In this document: positions 63,693 to 63,699 of the stretch, piece after piece
Layout of the letters: each line of letters starts with the position of its first letter
How positions within the stretch are numbered: position 1 is the first letter of the stretch
Origin: Octopus bimaculoides
Lineage: Eukaryota
NCBI RefSeq assembly: GCF_001194135.2
Contig: NC_068983.1
Location: 112,845,808-112,909,506 of the forward strand
Direction: 5' to 3'
Length of the DNA: 63,699 bases
Notes under the pieces: generated by a model
Database searches by the model: none
Seen by the model: only the letters and a program-made list of their open reading frames with translations
Told to the model about the DNA's origin: nothing
Made by a program: the position numbers and the translations under genes

Positions 63693-63699
63693 ATACAGA

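Noticed and set aside
63629-63699. True chromosome telomere
   Set aside because: Short, degenerate and C-rich toward the right end, which is the opposite polarity.

Overview
AT-rich, microsatellite-dense animal genomic DNA with 8 N-gaps (3421-3527, 12592-12601, 33656-33900, 35128-35243, 35632-36070, 55575-56241, 56966-57213, 58406-58739). The repeat types look like an octopus/coleoid cephalopod genome; this is inference from recalled repeat families, not a search. I recognise no intact host protein-coding gene, and most ORF-track entries are microsatellite or N-gap artefacts. The window is a transposon landscape: one RTE-clade LINE family (three large defective copies, one with a perfect C4HC3 PHD-finger pattern after the YADD motif, plus several 3' ends), R4/Dong-clade and L1/Tx1-like relics, two mariner relics (one nested in a 280-bp-TIR element), a Merlin-like MITE with an 8-bp TSD, several foldbacks/palindromes, at least five SINE-like families, a HINE/Helentron-like repeat and a reverse-oriented telomere-like tract. 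The most striking item is a head-to-head pair of tRNA-headed SINE-like elements (26285-26835), each carrying a minimal Penelope-type hammerhead ribozyme motif. Two further degenerate hammerhead-like folds lie at 54556-54591 and 58952-58986. All family assignments are by eye and need database confirmation.
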